A stretch of DNA of 64,000 bases from an uncultured Eubacterium sp. (GTDB taxonomy: Bacteria; Bacillota; Clostridia; Lachnospirales; Lachnospiraceae), in contig CAQOJF010000001.1 of assembly GCA_948848225.1 (NCBI GenBank), positions 207,849-271,848 on the forward strand, written 5' to 3'. The position numbers were made by a program, and so were the translations under genes. Every line of letters begins with the position of its first letter. The first letter of the stretch is position 1. The notes below the pieces were generated by a model. That model was not told where the DNA came from, did no database searches, and saw only the letters and a program-made list of their open reading frames with translations. Shown here piece by piece: positions 1-8,953 of the stretch.

Positions 1-1359
1 TGCACCTTTAAACATAATCCTGCAAAGATAATAATACAGATACTCCAGCTGTTTACGGCTGACCGCTTTTACCTGGTGTTCAAAACTAAAATCCAGGCCG
101 TTGTCCTCCGGGCGGTGCATGACCGTGAGATACATCGCCTGGGTCGTGGCACCGTTGGGATACCATTTGGTTTTATACTTGATATCTCCCAGCTTTTCCA
201 GCTCTTTATCCCGCATGGACATTGGCTGATAGGTCAGGGACATCGGTTCATACACCCGCCCCGGCGCTTTGTTCCACACCTTGCTCTGATGGGCAAAATA
301 TGCCACCGGATCGTAGTTCGCATGACGGAAATACTCATTCTGCCGGTCACGGATCTCATAAATCCCCTCCAAAAAGGTCTTATCTTCGGAAATAATGGTG
401 CGGAAGGGGAAAGAATGGATCCTCGTACCGCCGCTCTTCTTCTCCTTAAGGGTTCCTCTCCTGGCGATGGTGGTCGTAATGGACACATCGTCATTGTGGT
501 TCATTTTCTGAAAATAGGTACGCAGCCCCATCATAAGAAGGCAGACCAGGGATACATGATAGGTCTCACAAAAATCCATAAGACGTCTGGTGGGTTCTTC
601 CTCCAGATGAAATACATCCAGAGCCGAGTCCACGGAATCCGACACGTTCACTGCCGCCCTGGCATCCGGATTTCCAGAAGCCTTTCTCTCTGCCACTAAC
701 CGTCCCGGACCGTCGATGCCGTTATAGATCGGTTCCGAAGCTTCAATCAGCTGATGGAAAAATGCCTCGTCCTTCTGTTTCGCCTTTGATTCTGCCTCAT
801 AGGCGAGATCTTTCTTTACCTGTTCGATATAAGAAGCCATCTCTTTGGGATAGGCAACCCCCTCATACATATTATGGCAGTAGATCTCAATGATATCTTT
901 CAAAAAACAGATCATGGACTGGGCATCCATGATACGGTGATCCACCAGAAAATATACCCCCTGATATCCGTCCGGCATCCGGATCATAACGATGCGGCTC
1001 AAGGGCGCATCTTCTTTGGTAAAGGGAACCTGTGTCCAGCTCTGCAGCACCGCCTCCGCCTCTTCCATAGTCTTTCCCGAAAAATCCTCCGAGCCGATCT
1101 CCATCACTGCATTCTGGCACACATACTGATACCACGTGCCATCCTTGTCCTTAAAAAAATGAACCTTCAGACACTCACAGCGCTCATAAGCCTCCCCGAT
1201 CGCCCTTTTCAGCACATCAAAGTCCAGATCTGCCCCAATAGTCAGACTGGTTCCAATATTCAAAACTTCCTTTTTAGGACAGAAATCCATATAATAAAAA
1301 TGGAATTTCTGTGCCACAGTCAACGGATATACCGGATACCCTTTTCTCGTCTTTCTCAT
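1..1359 (-). CDS. Stand-alone NRPS-type condensation (C) domain protein, running off the left window edge (absent from the ORF track)
   Basis: Hand translation from ATG 1359 (ATGA overlap with the hydrolase stop) is open for 453 codons to base 1: MRKTRKGYPVYPLTVAQKFHF...LDFDVLKRAI...PFTKEDAPLSRIVMI...YFLVDHRIMDAQS...LCRIMFKGA. YPLTxAQ is C1-like; DHRIMDA (916-942) is an HHxxxDG variant. Confidence 0.85.
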   Translation of the reverse strand, partial: MRKTRKGYPVYPLTVAQKFHFYYMDFCPKKEVLNIGTSLTIGADLDFDVLKRAIGEAYERCECLKVHFFKDKDGTWYQYVCQNAVMEIGSEDFSGKTMEEAEAVLQSWTQVPFTKEDAPLSRIVMIRMPDGYQGVYFLVDHRIMDAQSMICFLKDIIEIYCHNMYEGVAYPKEMASYIEQVKKDLAYEAESKAKQKDEAFFHQLIEASEPIYNGIDGPGRLVAERKASGNPDARAAVNVSDSVDSALDVFHLEEEPTRRLMDFCETYHVSLVCLLMMGLRTYFQKMNHNDDVSITTTIARRGTLKEKKSGGTRIHSFPFRTIISEDKTFLEGIYEIRDRQNEYFRHANYDPVAYFAHQSKVWNKAPGRVYEPMSLTYQPMSMRDKELEKLGDIKYKTKWYPNGATTQAMYLTVMHRPEDNGLDFSFEHQVKAVSRKQLEYLYYYLCRIMFKGA

Positions 1360-2309
1360 ACTCTCCTCCATTCCTTTTCCAGCCACTCATCCAGTGTGCT
1401 CTCATACCGCTTCATGTCCTTAAAATAACTTTCAGCGTGGGCAGCCCCCTCGATAACCAGCTTCTTCTTTGATGCCCCATAATGTTCAAAGATCCTGTCA
1501 CACATCCAGCTGGGGACAAATCCATCCCCTGAACCGTGGATCAGCAGAGCCGGAATCTTTGCCTTTCTCACCTCTCTTGCCGCATTGCACTCATCCAGCC
1601 CATATCCCGCCAGCCGGCGGTTGAGCCAGTCCGAAATCTCCATCATCGGAAATGCCGGCATATGATACATAGAATGCAGCACATGTGTAAATACTTCTTT
1701 CGGTGAGGTAAATGCACAGTCCGAGACCACACCCCGCACCTGTTCCGGCAGCTCCAGACCGGTACACATCAGAACCGTGGCCGCTCCCATGGAAATTCCA
1801 TGAAGTAGTATATCCGTATCCCTGCCACAGTGGTCTAACACCCACTGGATCCATAACAGGGCGTCCCGCCGGTCCAGACATCCAAACCCTATGTATCTGC
1901 CCTCACTGTCACCGTGGGCTCTGGCATCCACCAGAAGCATGCTGAAACCCCGTTTCAGATAAAAATCTGACAAGGCAATATAGTCCTTCATTCCCTGGCT
2001 GGTATAACCGTGAAAACAGATGACGGTCTTCTTCTGGTCTCCCTCGGGAAAATAAGTGGCGTGCAGCCTCAGTCCATCTTCCGAATCCAGGTATACGTCT
2101 TCCCTGTTATGGGCCAGAAATCGCTCTTTCCGCTCCTCGATCACCGGCATATAGCGATTCCAGTCAGTTCCCGACATTTTAATGGTCCTCCTGTTATTTG
2201 CCTTCCCTGAACAGCGTATCATCGTCCGCCGGTACATATAGACAGATCCCGCCAGCTCTGCAATCATGAGTCCCCCAAGTGCTGCCAGGATTCCCCTTCC
2301 AATCCTCAT
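1356..2309 (-). CDS. Alpha/beta hydrolase (lipase/lysophospholipase-like) with N-terminal membrane anchor
   Basis: FHGY oxyanion segment, DARAHGDSEG, GISMG nucleophile elbow, IHGSGDGFVP, GAAH. Confidence 0.9.
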   Translation of the reverse strand: MRIGRGILAALGGLMIAELAGSVYMYRRTMIRCSGKANNRRTIKMSGTDWNRYMPVIEERKERFLAHNREDVYLDSEDGLRLHATYFPEGDQKKTVICFHGYTSQGMKDYIALSDFYLKRGFSMLLVDARAHGDSEGRYIGFGCLDRRDALLWIQWVLDHCGRDTDILLHGISMGAATVLMCTGLELPEQVRGVVSDCAFTSPKEVFTHVLHSMYHMPAFPMMEISDWLNRRLAGYGLDECNAAREVRKAKIPALLIHGSGDGFVPSWMCDRIFEHYGASKKKLVIEGAAHAESYFKDMKRYESTLDEWLEKEWRRV

Positions 2310-2327
2310 CGTCCTTCACCTCCGGCA

Positions 2328-2657
2328 TCAGCCTTTGCTGTTGATCAAATCCTTTAATTTGAGCGCCTTGTCAATATTTCCCTCCACTTTTAATTTCTGC
2401 AGGGTAAATGCCAGTACCGGATCCAGCCTTCCTTCTGCAATCTTCATAAGTGTTTCTGCACTCGCTGTAAACATAGCGTCCCGGTCAAAATATTCATAGG
2501 GCTCTACATACAACTCTCCTTCTTTTACTTCAACATAAAAAATTCCTTCCGCCTCTCCCGTGATATTGAACTGATATGCTAAATGTTCTGTGACATCACT
2601 GACATCGGCTCCCATAAACTGCTCCTTTACCAGAGCAAAAAAATCTGCATAGGTCAT
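2328..2657 (-). CDS. SCP2 sterol/lipid-binding domain protein
   Basis: 109 aa with YQFNITGE...G.LDPVLAFTLQKLKVEGNIDKALKL, typical of the SCP2 C-terminal half. Confidence 0.85.
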   Translation of the reverse strand: MTYADFFALVKEQFMGADVSDVTEHLAYQFNITGEAEGIFYVEVKEGELYVEPYEYFDRDAMFTASAETLMKIAEGRLDPVLAFTLQKLKVEGNIDKALKLKDLINSKG

Positions 2658-2679
2658 TTTTCTACATTTTCCTTTCTTG

Positions 2680-2742
2680 TTCGACCATCGGTCAACTTTA
2701 TTACAAGTTTACAATAACACTTTTTCGACCATCGGTCAACTT
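2680..2742. promoter_or_regulatory. Tandem TetR-type operators plus sigma70 promoter of the SCP2-hydrolase-C-domain operon
   Basis: Exact 19-bp repeat TTCGACCATCGGTCAACTT at 2680-2698 and 2724-2742, each with a GACC-N3-GGTC dyad. Minus-strand TTGACC(2739-2734)-17 bp-TATTGT(2716-2711) with an extended -10 TG. Confidence 0.8.
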
Positions 2743-2873
2743 ATTTTGAAAGATTTAGGAAATTTTTTCCGCTCAGCGGAAAAACAGGATATAAATTAAC
2801 GCTATTAAGCTGACATTTTTTCCAGAAATATGATATACTTTGATTTATCAGTAACAATCGGAGGAAATTGACC

Positions 2874-3488
2874 ATGCCAGAACCTATGAAATATGAGAAA
2901 ATATTAGATGCACTGGAAGAATTACTGACCAGCAGGGACATGCAGGCGATCACGGTCCGGGAGATCGCCCAGGCCGCTGGAATTGGAAAGGGAAGTATTT
3001 ATTATTATTTTTCCTCGAAGGAAGAGATTTTAGATGCACTGATAGAACGTAATTATAAAAAGCCCCTGGAGCTGGCAAAAAATCTCGCCACCCAGAAGGA
3101 GATTCCCCCATTTACGCGGATGGCAATGCTTTTTCAGGCATGCCGCAGCTCTTCCGCAGAATTTATCCGGCAGGATGCCTCGGTCTCTGCGCTGGAAACC
3201 GGCACGGAGTGGGCGTTCCTTCACCAAAAATACCTGAATTATATGGTGACGGAATTAAAGCCGGTGCTGACATCTATCATTCAGCAGGGCATAGAGGCTG
3301 GAGATATCACCTTTGATCATCCCGCCGCCCTGGCTGAGATCGTATTGATTATCTTAACGGTTAAACTGGATAACACCATCGTCCCTTCTACCGAAGAAGA
3401 GACGGCGGAGACGATCCGGGGATTGATCTGCCTATTGGAAAAGGGCACCGAAAACCCTGTCGGCGCCCTTAATTTTCTCATGTCGTGA
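2874..3488 (+). CDS. TetR/AcrR family regulator
   Basis: ITVREIAQAAGIGKGSIYYYFSSKEEI HTH; GGAGG at 2860-2864 favours ATG 2874. Confidence 0.92.
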   Translation: MPEPMKYEKILDALEELLTSRDMQAITVREIAQAAGIGKGSIYYYFSSKEEILDALIERNYKKPLELAKNLATQKEIPPFTRMAMLFQACRSSSAEFIRQDASVSALETGTEWAFLHQKYLNYMVTELKPVLTSIIQQGIEAGDITFDHPAALAEIVLIILTVKLDNTIVPSTEEETAETIRGLICLLEKGTENPVGALNFLMS

Positions 3489-3498
3489 ATAAGCCCCA

Positions 3499-4794
3499 TC
3501 AATCCTCAAAACGAACAGCAATGGAATTGGCATGCGCTGTCAGCTGCTCCGCATTGGCAAACTGAATGATATCTTTGTGGATCGGCTCCAGCGCCTCTCT
3601 GGAATAAGAGATCAGACTGGATTTCTTGATGAAATCATCCACATTCAGCGGCGAGAAAAATTTGGCGGTGCCATTGGTGGGAAGCACATGGTTCGGTCCC
3701 GCAAAATAGTCCCCCAGGGGTTCGCTGCTGTATTCTCCAAGGAAGATCGCCCCAGCATTCTTTATTCTTGTCATGGTATCAAAAGGATTTTTCGTCAATA
3801 TCTCAAGGTGCTCGGAGGCGATCTCATTTGCCGCCCGGATGGCATCGGACATCGAATCTGCTACCAAAAGATACCCATAATTTTCCAGAGACTTGCGGAT
3901 GATATCCGCACGGCTCAACGTCTGCAAAAATACCTGAATTTCTTCTTCCACCCGGACTGCCAGTTCCTCACTGGTGGTCACCAAAATGGCAGAAGCCAGC
4001 TCGTCATGCTCTGCCTGGGATAAAAGATCTGCCGCCACATACCGGGGATTCGCTGTCTCGTCTGCCAGCACAAGGATCTCACTGGGACCTGCGATGGAAT
4101 CTATGCTCACATGTCCGTATACGGTCTTTTTCGCCAACGCCACAAAAATATTCCCCGGTCCGCAGATCTTTGCCACCTTTTTGATGGAGGCGGTTCCATA
4201 GGCAAGGGCCGCCACTGCCTGAGCCCCTCCCACTTTGTATACCTCTGTAGCTCCTGCTAAGTCCGCCGCCACCAGCGTGGCAGGATTCACCTTCCCATCC
4301 GCTCCCGGAGGCGTCACCATGACGATGCGCTCCACTCCCGCCACCTGTGCCGGAATGATATTCATAAGTACACTGGATGGATATGCCGCTTTTCCTCCCG
4401 GCACATACACACCGACACTTTCTAAAGGTGTGATGCGCTGTCCCAGGACTACGCCGTCCTCTCTCGTCTCGATCCAGCTGTTTCGAAGCTGTTTTTTATG
4501 AAAATCCTGAATATTTGCCAAAGATTTTTTCATGACCTCCACCAAAGAAGCCTCCACCTGCGCATATGCCTCCTGGATCTCTGCTTCGGTCACGCGGATA
4601 TTGTCCAGTGTGATCTCAGCTTTATCAAATTTCTTCGTATAATGGAACAGGGCTTCATCTCCCTTTTCCTTCACCTCATTCAAAATCTCATTTACCGTAT
4701 CCTGATAGCTGTCATACTGATTTGGACTGCGTTTCAGCAGACTTTCCAGAATATTTTCCATCGATGCCTCGTCCAGTCTGATCCGTCTCATCAT
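3499..4794 (-). CDS. hisD: Histidinol dehydrogenase
   Basis: GVYVPGGKAAYPSS, GPGNIFV, DSIAGPSE, DLLSQAEHD, AGPNHVLPT. Confidence 0.97.
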   Translation of the reverse strand: MMRRIRLDEASMENILESLLKRSPNQYDSYQDTVNEILNEVKEKGDEALFHYTKKFDKAEITLDNIRVTEAEIQEAYAQVEASLVEVMKKSLANIQDFHKKQLRNSWIETREDGVVLGQRITPLESVGVYVPGGKAAYPSSVLMNIIPAQVAGVERIVMVTPPGADGKVNPATLVAADLAGATEVYKVGGAQAVAALAYGTASIKKVAKICGPGNIFVALAKKTVYGHVSIDSIAGPSEILVLADETANPRYVAADLLSQAEHDELASAILVTTSEELAVRVEEEIQVFLQTLSRADIIRKSLENYGYLLVADSMSDAIRAANEIASEHLEILTKNPFDTMTRIKNAGAIFLGEYSSEPLGDYFAGPNHVLPTNGTAKFFSPLNVDDFIKKSSLISYSREALEPIHKDIIQFANAEQLTAHANSIAVRFED

Positions 4795-4807
4795 CGCCTT
4801 CTCCTTT

Positions 4808-5449
4808 CTATTCGTTCAACGCCTGCTTTAAGTCTTTTACGATCTTTGTGATCCGCTCCCGCTGCATCTTCATGCTCGCCTCATTGACGACCACTCTCGC
4901 CGACAGCGGACAGATCTCCTCCAATACCTCCAGCCCGTTTTCCTTCAGGGTAGAACCGGTCTCCACGATATCTACGATCACCTCAGAGAGCCCTACGATG
5001 GGAGCCAATTCCACGGAACCATTCAGTTTCACGATCTCCACCGTCTGATGTTTTTTATTGTAAAAATAATCCTTGGCGATCTTCGGATATTTGGAAGCCA
5101 CCCGGATGATCTCATTTTTCTGCAGAAGTTCTCTGGCGGACGCCGGACCTGCCACGCACATACGGCATTTCCCAAGTCCCAGATCCAGAACCTCCAGAAT
5201 CTTACGACCCTCTTCCAGAATGGTATCGCTTCCCACCACTCCGATATCCGCGGCGCCGTATTCTACATATGTAGGCACATCCGAAGTCTTGGAAAGGAAA
5301 AATTTCAGTCCCAGCTCCTCATTGACAAAGATCAGCTTTCTCGTATCCTTATCTTTCATCTCTTCACAGGTGATGCCAGTCTGCTCCAGTAATGCCAGTG
5401 TCTGCTTGGCAAGTCTTCCCTTTGCCAGTGCAATCGTTAAATATTTCAT
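4808..5449 (-). CDS. hisG: ATP phosphoribosyltransferase, short form
   Basis: Start MKYLTIALAKGRL (ATG 5449); GSVELAP, DIVETGSTLKENGL; adjacent to hisZ. Confidence 0.95.
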   Translation of the reverse strand: MKYLTIALAKGRLAKQTLALLEQTGITCEEMKDKDTRKLIFVNEELGLKFFLSKTSDVPTYVEYGAADIGVVGSDTILEEGRKILEVLDLGLGKCRMCVAGPASARELLQKNEIIRVASKYPKIAKDYFYNKKHQTVEIVKLNGSVELAPIVGLSEVIVDIVETGSTLKENGLEVLEEICPLSARVVVNEASMKMQRERITKIVKDLKQALNE

Positions 5450-5471
5450 ACCTTCCTCCATCCTGAATCTG

Positions 5472-6689
5472 TCATAGATCGATCGTTGTTGTCTGGTCGC
5501 CTTCCACATAGACAATGCTGGAAATCTGATTCTCTGACGCATAGCCGCGGTATACCTCCAGCTCTGTCTCTGCATCCCTGCGCATCAGCATCACCCGGCG
5601 ACCTTCATTCCGGTAACGGTTTCCCAGATGAACCGCCTCTCTGCGGCTGGCGGAACGGTACAGGATCAGGATACCATCCGTCTCTGTGGGAATCTCTGCG
5701 TGCTGGCTGGCAAGAGCATTCATAAGCTGGTCTAAGACGATGGCAAGTCCTACCGCTGGTGACTTTTTGCCAAACTGCTGGATCAGCTTATCATAACGTC
5801 CTCCGGTAACGATCGCCTCTCCAGTCCCATACGTATATGCTTTAAAAATAATACCTGTATAATAATCATAGTGGCTGAGCATTCCAAGATCAAAAGTCAC
5901 ACTCTCTTCCAGCCCATAGATTCCCAGAATCTCCTGGACGGTCTCCAGACGCTGCAATGCCTCCAGCGCCAGCGGATGGCTCACCCGCTCCCTGGCATAG
6001 GCCAGTGTCTCTTCTGCGCCAAAGAGATCCGGAAGCCGGATCAGCAGCTCTTTTAACCGGGATGAAAGATCTTTTCCCTCGATCATCTCCTCCACTCCAA
6101 AACTGTTCTTATTGGCGATAAGACGCTTATATTCCTGAATCTCTTCGGCGGAAAATCCCGACTCTTCCATCAGACCACGGATAAATCCCGCATGCCCCAC
6201 ATCGATCTTAAACTCCTTCAAGCCGGATCTGGCAAGACATTCTACCGTCATGGCGATCATCTCGGCATCCGCATCAGAACTGGAATCATTCATAAGCTCA
6301 GCGCCAATCTGGGCAATCTCCGAGAGCTTTCCCTGATACCCCCGCCGATGGATAAAGGTATTTCCCGAATAGGAAAGACGGATGGGCATCTCTTCTGCTG
6401 AATAATATTTAGCCACACACCTGGCGATGGATGGTGTGATATCCGGACGCAGCGCCAGGGTATTGTTATACTGGTCAAAGAATTTGAACATTTCCTTTGA
6501 TTCCACAGTTCCCCGCTCCTGATTGAAGATATCAAAAAACTCAAAAGTCGGAGTGAGGATATCCTGAAACCCATAGAGTTTCATAATCTTATGAATCTCG
6601 GCTTCCACCCACTCTCTTTTCTCACATTCCACACCATATATATCCCGGACTCCCTCCGGAGTAAACAACAAATTCTGTTCGTATTCCAT
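5472..6689 (-). CDS. hisZ: ATP phosphoribosyltransferase regulatory subunit
   Basis: TPEGVRD, LRPDITPSIAR, YYTGIIF, GGRYDKL (HisRS-like) upstream of short hisG. Confidence 0.93.
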   Translation of the reverse strand: MEYEQNLLFTPEGVRDIYGVECEKREWVEAEIHKIMKLYGFQDILTPTFEFFDIFNQERGTVESKEMFKFFDQYNNTLALRPDITPSIARCVAKYYSAEEMPIRLSYSGNTFIHRRGYQGKLSEIAQIGAELMNDSSSDADAEMIAMTVECLARSGLKEFKIDVGHAGFIRGLMEESGFSAEEIQEYKRLIANKNSFGVEEMIEGKDLSSRLKELLIRLPDLFGAEETLAYARERVSHPLALEALQRLETVQEILGIYGLEESVTFDLGMLSHYDYYTGIIFKAYTYGTGEAIVTGGRYDKLIQQFGKKSPAVGLAIVLDQLMNALASQHAEIPTETDGILILYRSASRREAVHLGNRYRNEGRRVMLMRRDAETELEVYRGYASENQISSIVYVEGDQTTTIDL

Positions 6690-6709
6690 TTTGCCATTTC
6701 CTTCCTGTT

Positions 6710-7930
6710 CTAGTGATAGATCGCCGTCGGCTGCTGGCTCTTTGGTGCATATCCGGCATCTTCCAGCGCCTTTATGATCTGCTCCTTGTGCTCGTGGCCA
6801 AAGGCCTCCATGGTGATTGTCAGCTCCACTGCCGCATTGCGGTTGATACTGATAAACTGGTTATGCTCCAGCCGAATGACATTTCCCTGTGCTTTAGCGA
6901 TCACATCCGCCACATGAAGCAGCTCACCGGGACGATCCGGAAGCTCTACGGACACTGTAAACACCCTTCCCCTTTGGATCAAACCGTGCTGTACCACAGA
7001 AGAAATGGTGATGACGTCCATGTTTCCGCCGCTGAGGATGGACACCACTTTCTTTCCCTGGATGTTCATTTTCTTTAGTGCCGCCACCGTCAAAAGCCCA
7101 GAGTTTTCCACCACCATCTTATGGTTTTCCATCATATCAAGGAAATTTACAATCAGGTCATGGTCGTCTACTGTTATAATATCATCCAGATTTTTCTGTA
7201 TGTAGGGGAAAATATTGGATCCCGGCGTCTTCACCGCAGTACCGTCGGCGATGGTATTCACTCCCGGCAGAGACACGACCTTCCCCTGTCTTAATGATTC
7301 CTGCATACAGTTTGCCCCCGCCGGCTCCACTCCGATTACTTTGATGTTCGGGTTAAGCAACTTAGCCAGAGTCGATACGCCACAGGCGAGCCCGCCGCCC
7401 CCAACGGGAACCAGAATAATATCCACTGTAGGAAGCTCCTTAAAGATCTCCATGGCGATGGAACCCTGTCCCGTGGCCACCACTTCATCATCAAAGGGAT
7501 GGACAAAAGTATATCCCTGTTCTTCTGCCAGCTTCAACGCATGGCTGCAGGCATCGTCGTATACATTACCATGTAACACCACCTCAGCGCCGTAACTTTT
7601 CGTACGGTTTACTTTGATGAGTGGTGTGGTTGTGGGCATGACGATCACGGCTTTCACTCCAAAAAGCTTCGCCGCATAGGCCACACCCTGGGCATGATTT
7701 CCGGCAGATGCAGTGATCAGTCCCTTCTCCCTCTCCTCGTCGGACAGGGTACTGATCTTATAGTAGGCGCCTCTTACTTTATAAGCCCCCGTGTACTGCA
7801 TATTCTCCGGCTTGAAATAAACTTTCGCCCCGGTCTCGGCGCTATAGTATTCGCTATAAATCAAGTTCGTAGGAAGAATGACCTCCTTGACCCTCTCGCT
7901 CGCCTCTTCAAATTTATCCAGTGTCATCAT
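6710..7930 (-). CDS. ilvA: Threonine ammonia-lyase with C-terminal ACT domain
   Basis: ENMQYTGAYKVRGA PLP lysine motif, ASAGNHAQG, VGGGGL, SGGN, LPDRPG ACT. Confidence 0.92.
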   Translation of the reverse strand: MMTLDKFEEASERVKEVILPTNLIYSEYYSAETGAKVYFKPENMQYTGAYKVRGAYYKISTLSDEEREKGLITASAGNHAQGVAYAAKLFGVKAVIVMPTTTPLIKVNRTKSYGAEVVLHGNVYDDACSHALKLAEEQGYTFVHPFDDEVVATGQGSIAMEIFKELPTVDIILVPVGGGGLACGVSTLAKLLNPNIKVIGVEPAGANCMQESLRQGKVVSLPGVNTIADGTAVKTPGSNIFPYIQKNLDDIITVDDHDLIVNFLDMMENHKMVVENSGLLTVAALKKMNIQGKKVVSILSGGNMDVITISSVVQHGLIQRGRVFTVSVELPDRPGELLHVADVIAKAQGNVIRLEHNQFISINRNAAVELTITMEAFGHEHKEQIIKALEDAGYAPKSQQPTAIYH

Positions 7931-7988
7931 GAATTGTCATCTGCCTTTCTTCTCATTTTTTATGTCGGCACTCATTTTACCACGATTT

Positions 7989-8912
7989 TTATTGTTCTGC
8001 AACATCAAATAGCGCGTCCACAAACTCATCGGCATCAAATCTCTGCAGATCATCGATCTTTTCTCCGATGCCGATATATTTTACCGGGATGTTCAGTTCG
8101 GACTGGATGGCAATAGCGATGCCGCCCTTTGCCGTTCCGTCCAGCTTGGTAAGGACAACCCCCGTGATATCTGCCACCCCACTGAACTGTTTCGCCTGAA
8201 CAAGGGCGTTCTGTCCGGTGGTTCCGTCCACGACAATAAAAGTCTCCAGATGGGCGCCGCTGTACTCATTTTCAATGATTTTGTAAATCTTGTGCAGCTC
8301 CGCCATCAGGTTCTTCTTGTTGTGAAGACGCCCTGCAGTATCGCACAAAAGTACATCCGTATTTCTGGCTTTTGCCGCCGCCACCGCGTCATACACGATG
8401 GCCGCCGGATCTGCACCCTCCTGCCCGGCAATGATATCCACGCCGGCACGGCTGGACCACTCCTTTAACTGGTCGATGGCGCCGGCGCGGAATGTGTCTG
8501 CCGCCGCCATAAGCACTTTCTTCCCATCTTTCTTCATCTGTCCTGCCAGTTTACCTACGCTGGTAGTCTTTCCCACGCCGTTGACGCCGATAAACAGCAC
8601 TACGGATTTCTTTTTTTCAAACTCATAAGCATCCTCATGTACCTTCATCTGCTCTTTGATGGTGTCCATCAGCAGGGTACGGCATGCCGCTGCTTCTTTG
8701 ATCTTTTGTTCCTTTACCTTTTCCTGGAGCTCCTCGATGATCTTCATGGAAGTATCCATGCCGATATCTGCCATGATCAGCTGCTCCTCCAGCTCTTCAT
8801 AAAAATCTTCATCGATCTCGGAAAAACCAGAAAATATTGAATCGATGCCCGACACAAAACTATCTCTCGTCTTGCTCAGGCCACTCTTTAATTTACTGAA
8901 AAAATTAGCCAT
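7989..8912 (-). CDS. ftsY: SRP docking protein FtsY
   Basis: GVNGVGKTT, DTFRAGA, DTAGR, TKLDGTAKGG; start MANFFSKLK. Confidence 0.97.
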   Translation of the reverse strand: MANFFSKLKSGLSKTRDSFVSGIDSIFSGFSEIDEDFYEELEEQLIMADIGMDTSMKIIEELQEKVKEQKIKEAAACRTLLMDTIKEQMKVHEDAYEFEKKKSVVLFIGVNGVGKTTSVGKLAGQMKKDGKKVLMAAADTFRAGAIDQLKEWSSRAGVDIIAGQEGADPAAIVYDAVAAAKARNTDVLLCDTAGRLHNKKNLMAELHKIYKIIENEYSGAHLETFIVVDGTTGQNALVQAKQFSGVADITGVVLTKLDGTAKGGIAIAIQSELNIPVKYIGIGEKIDDLQRFDADEFVDALFDVAEQ

Positions 8913-8953
8913 TGTCTTCCTTCTTTCTCTCTTCATTCTGCTGGATCCCGCAG

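Noticed and set aside
76..1428. Plus-strand ORFs 76..699 and 874..1428
   Set aside because: Antisense shadows of the condensation-domain gene
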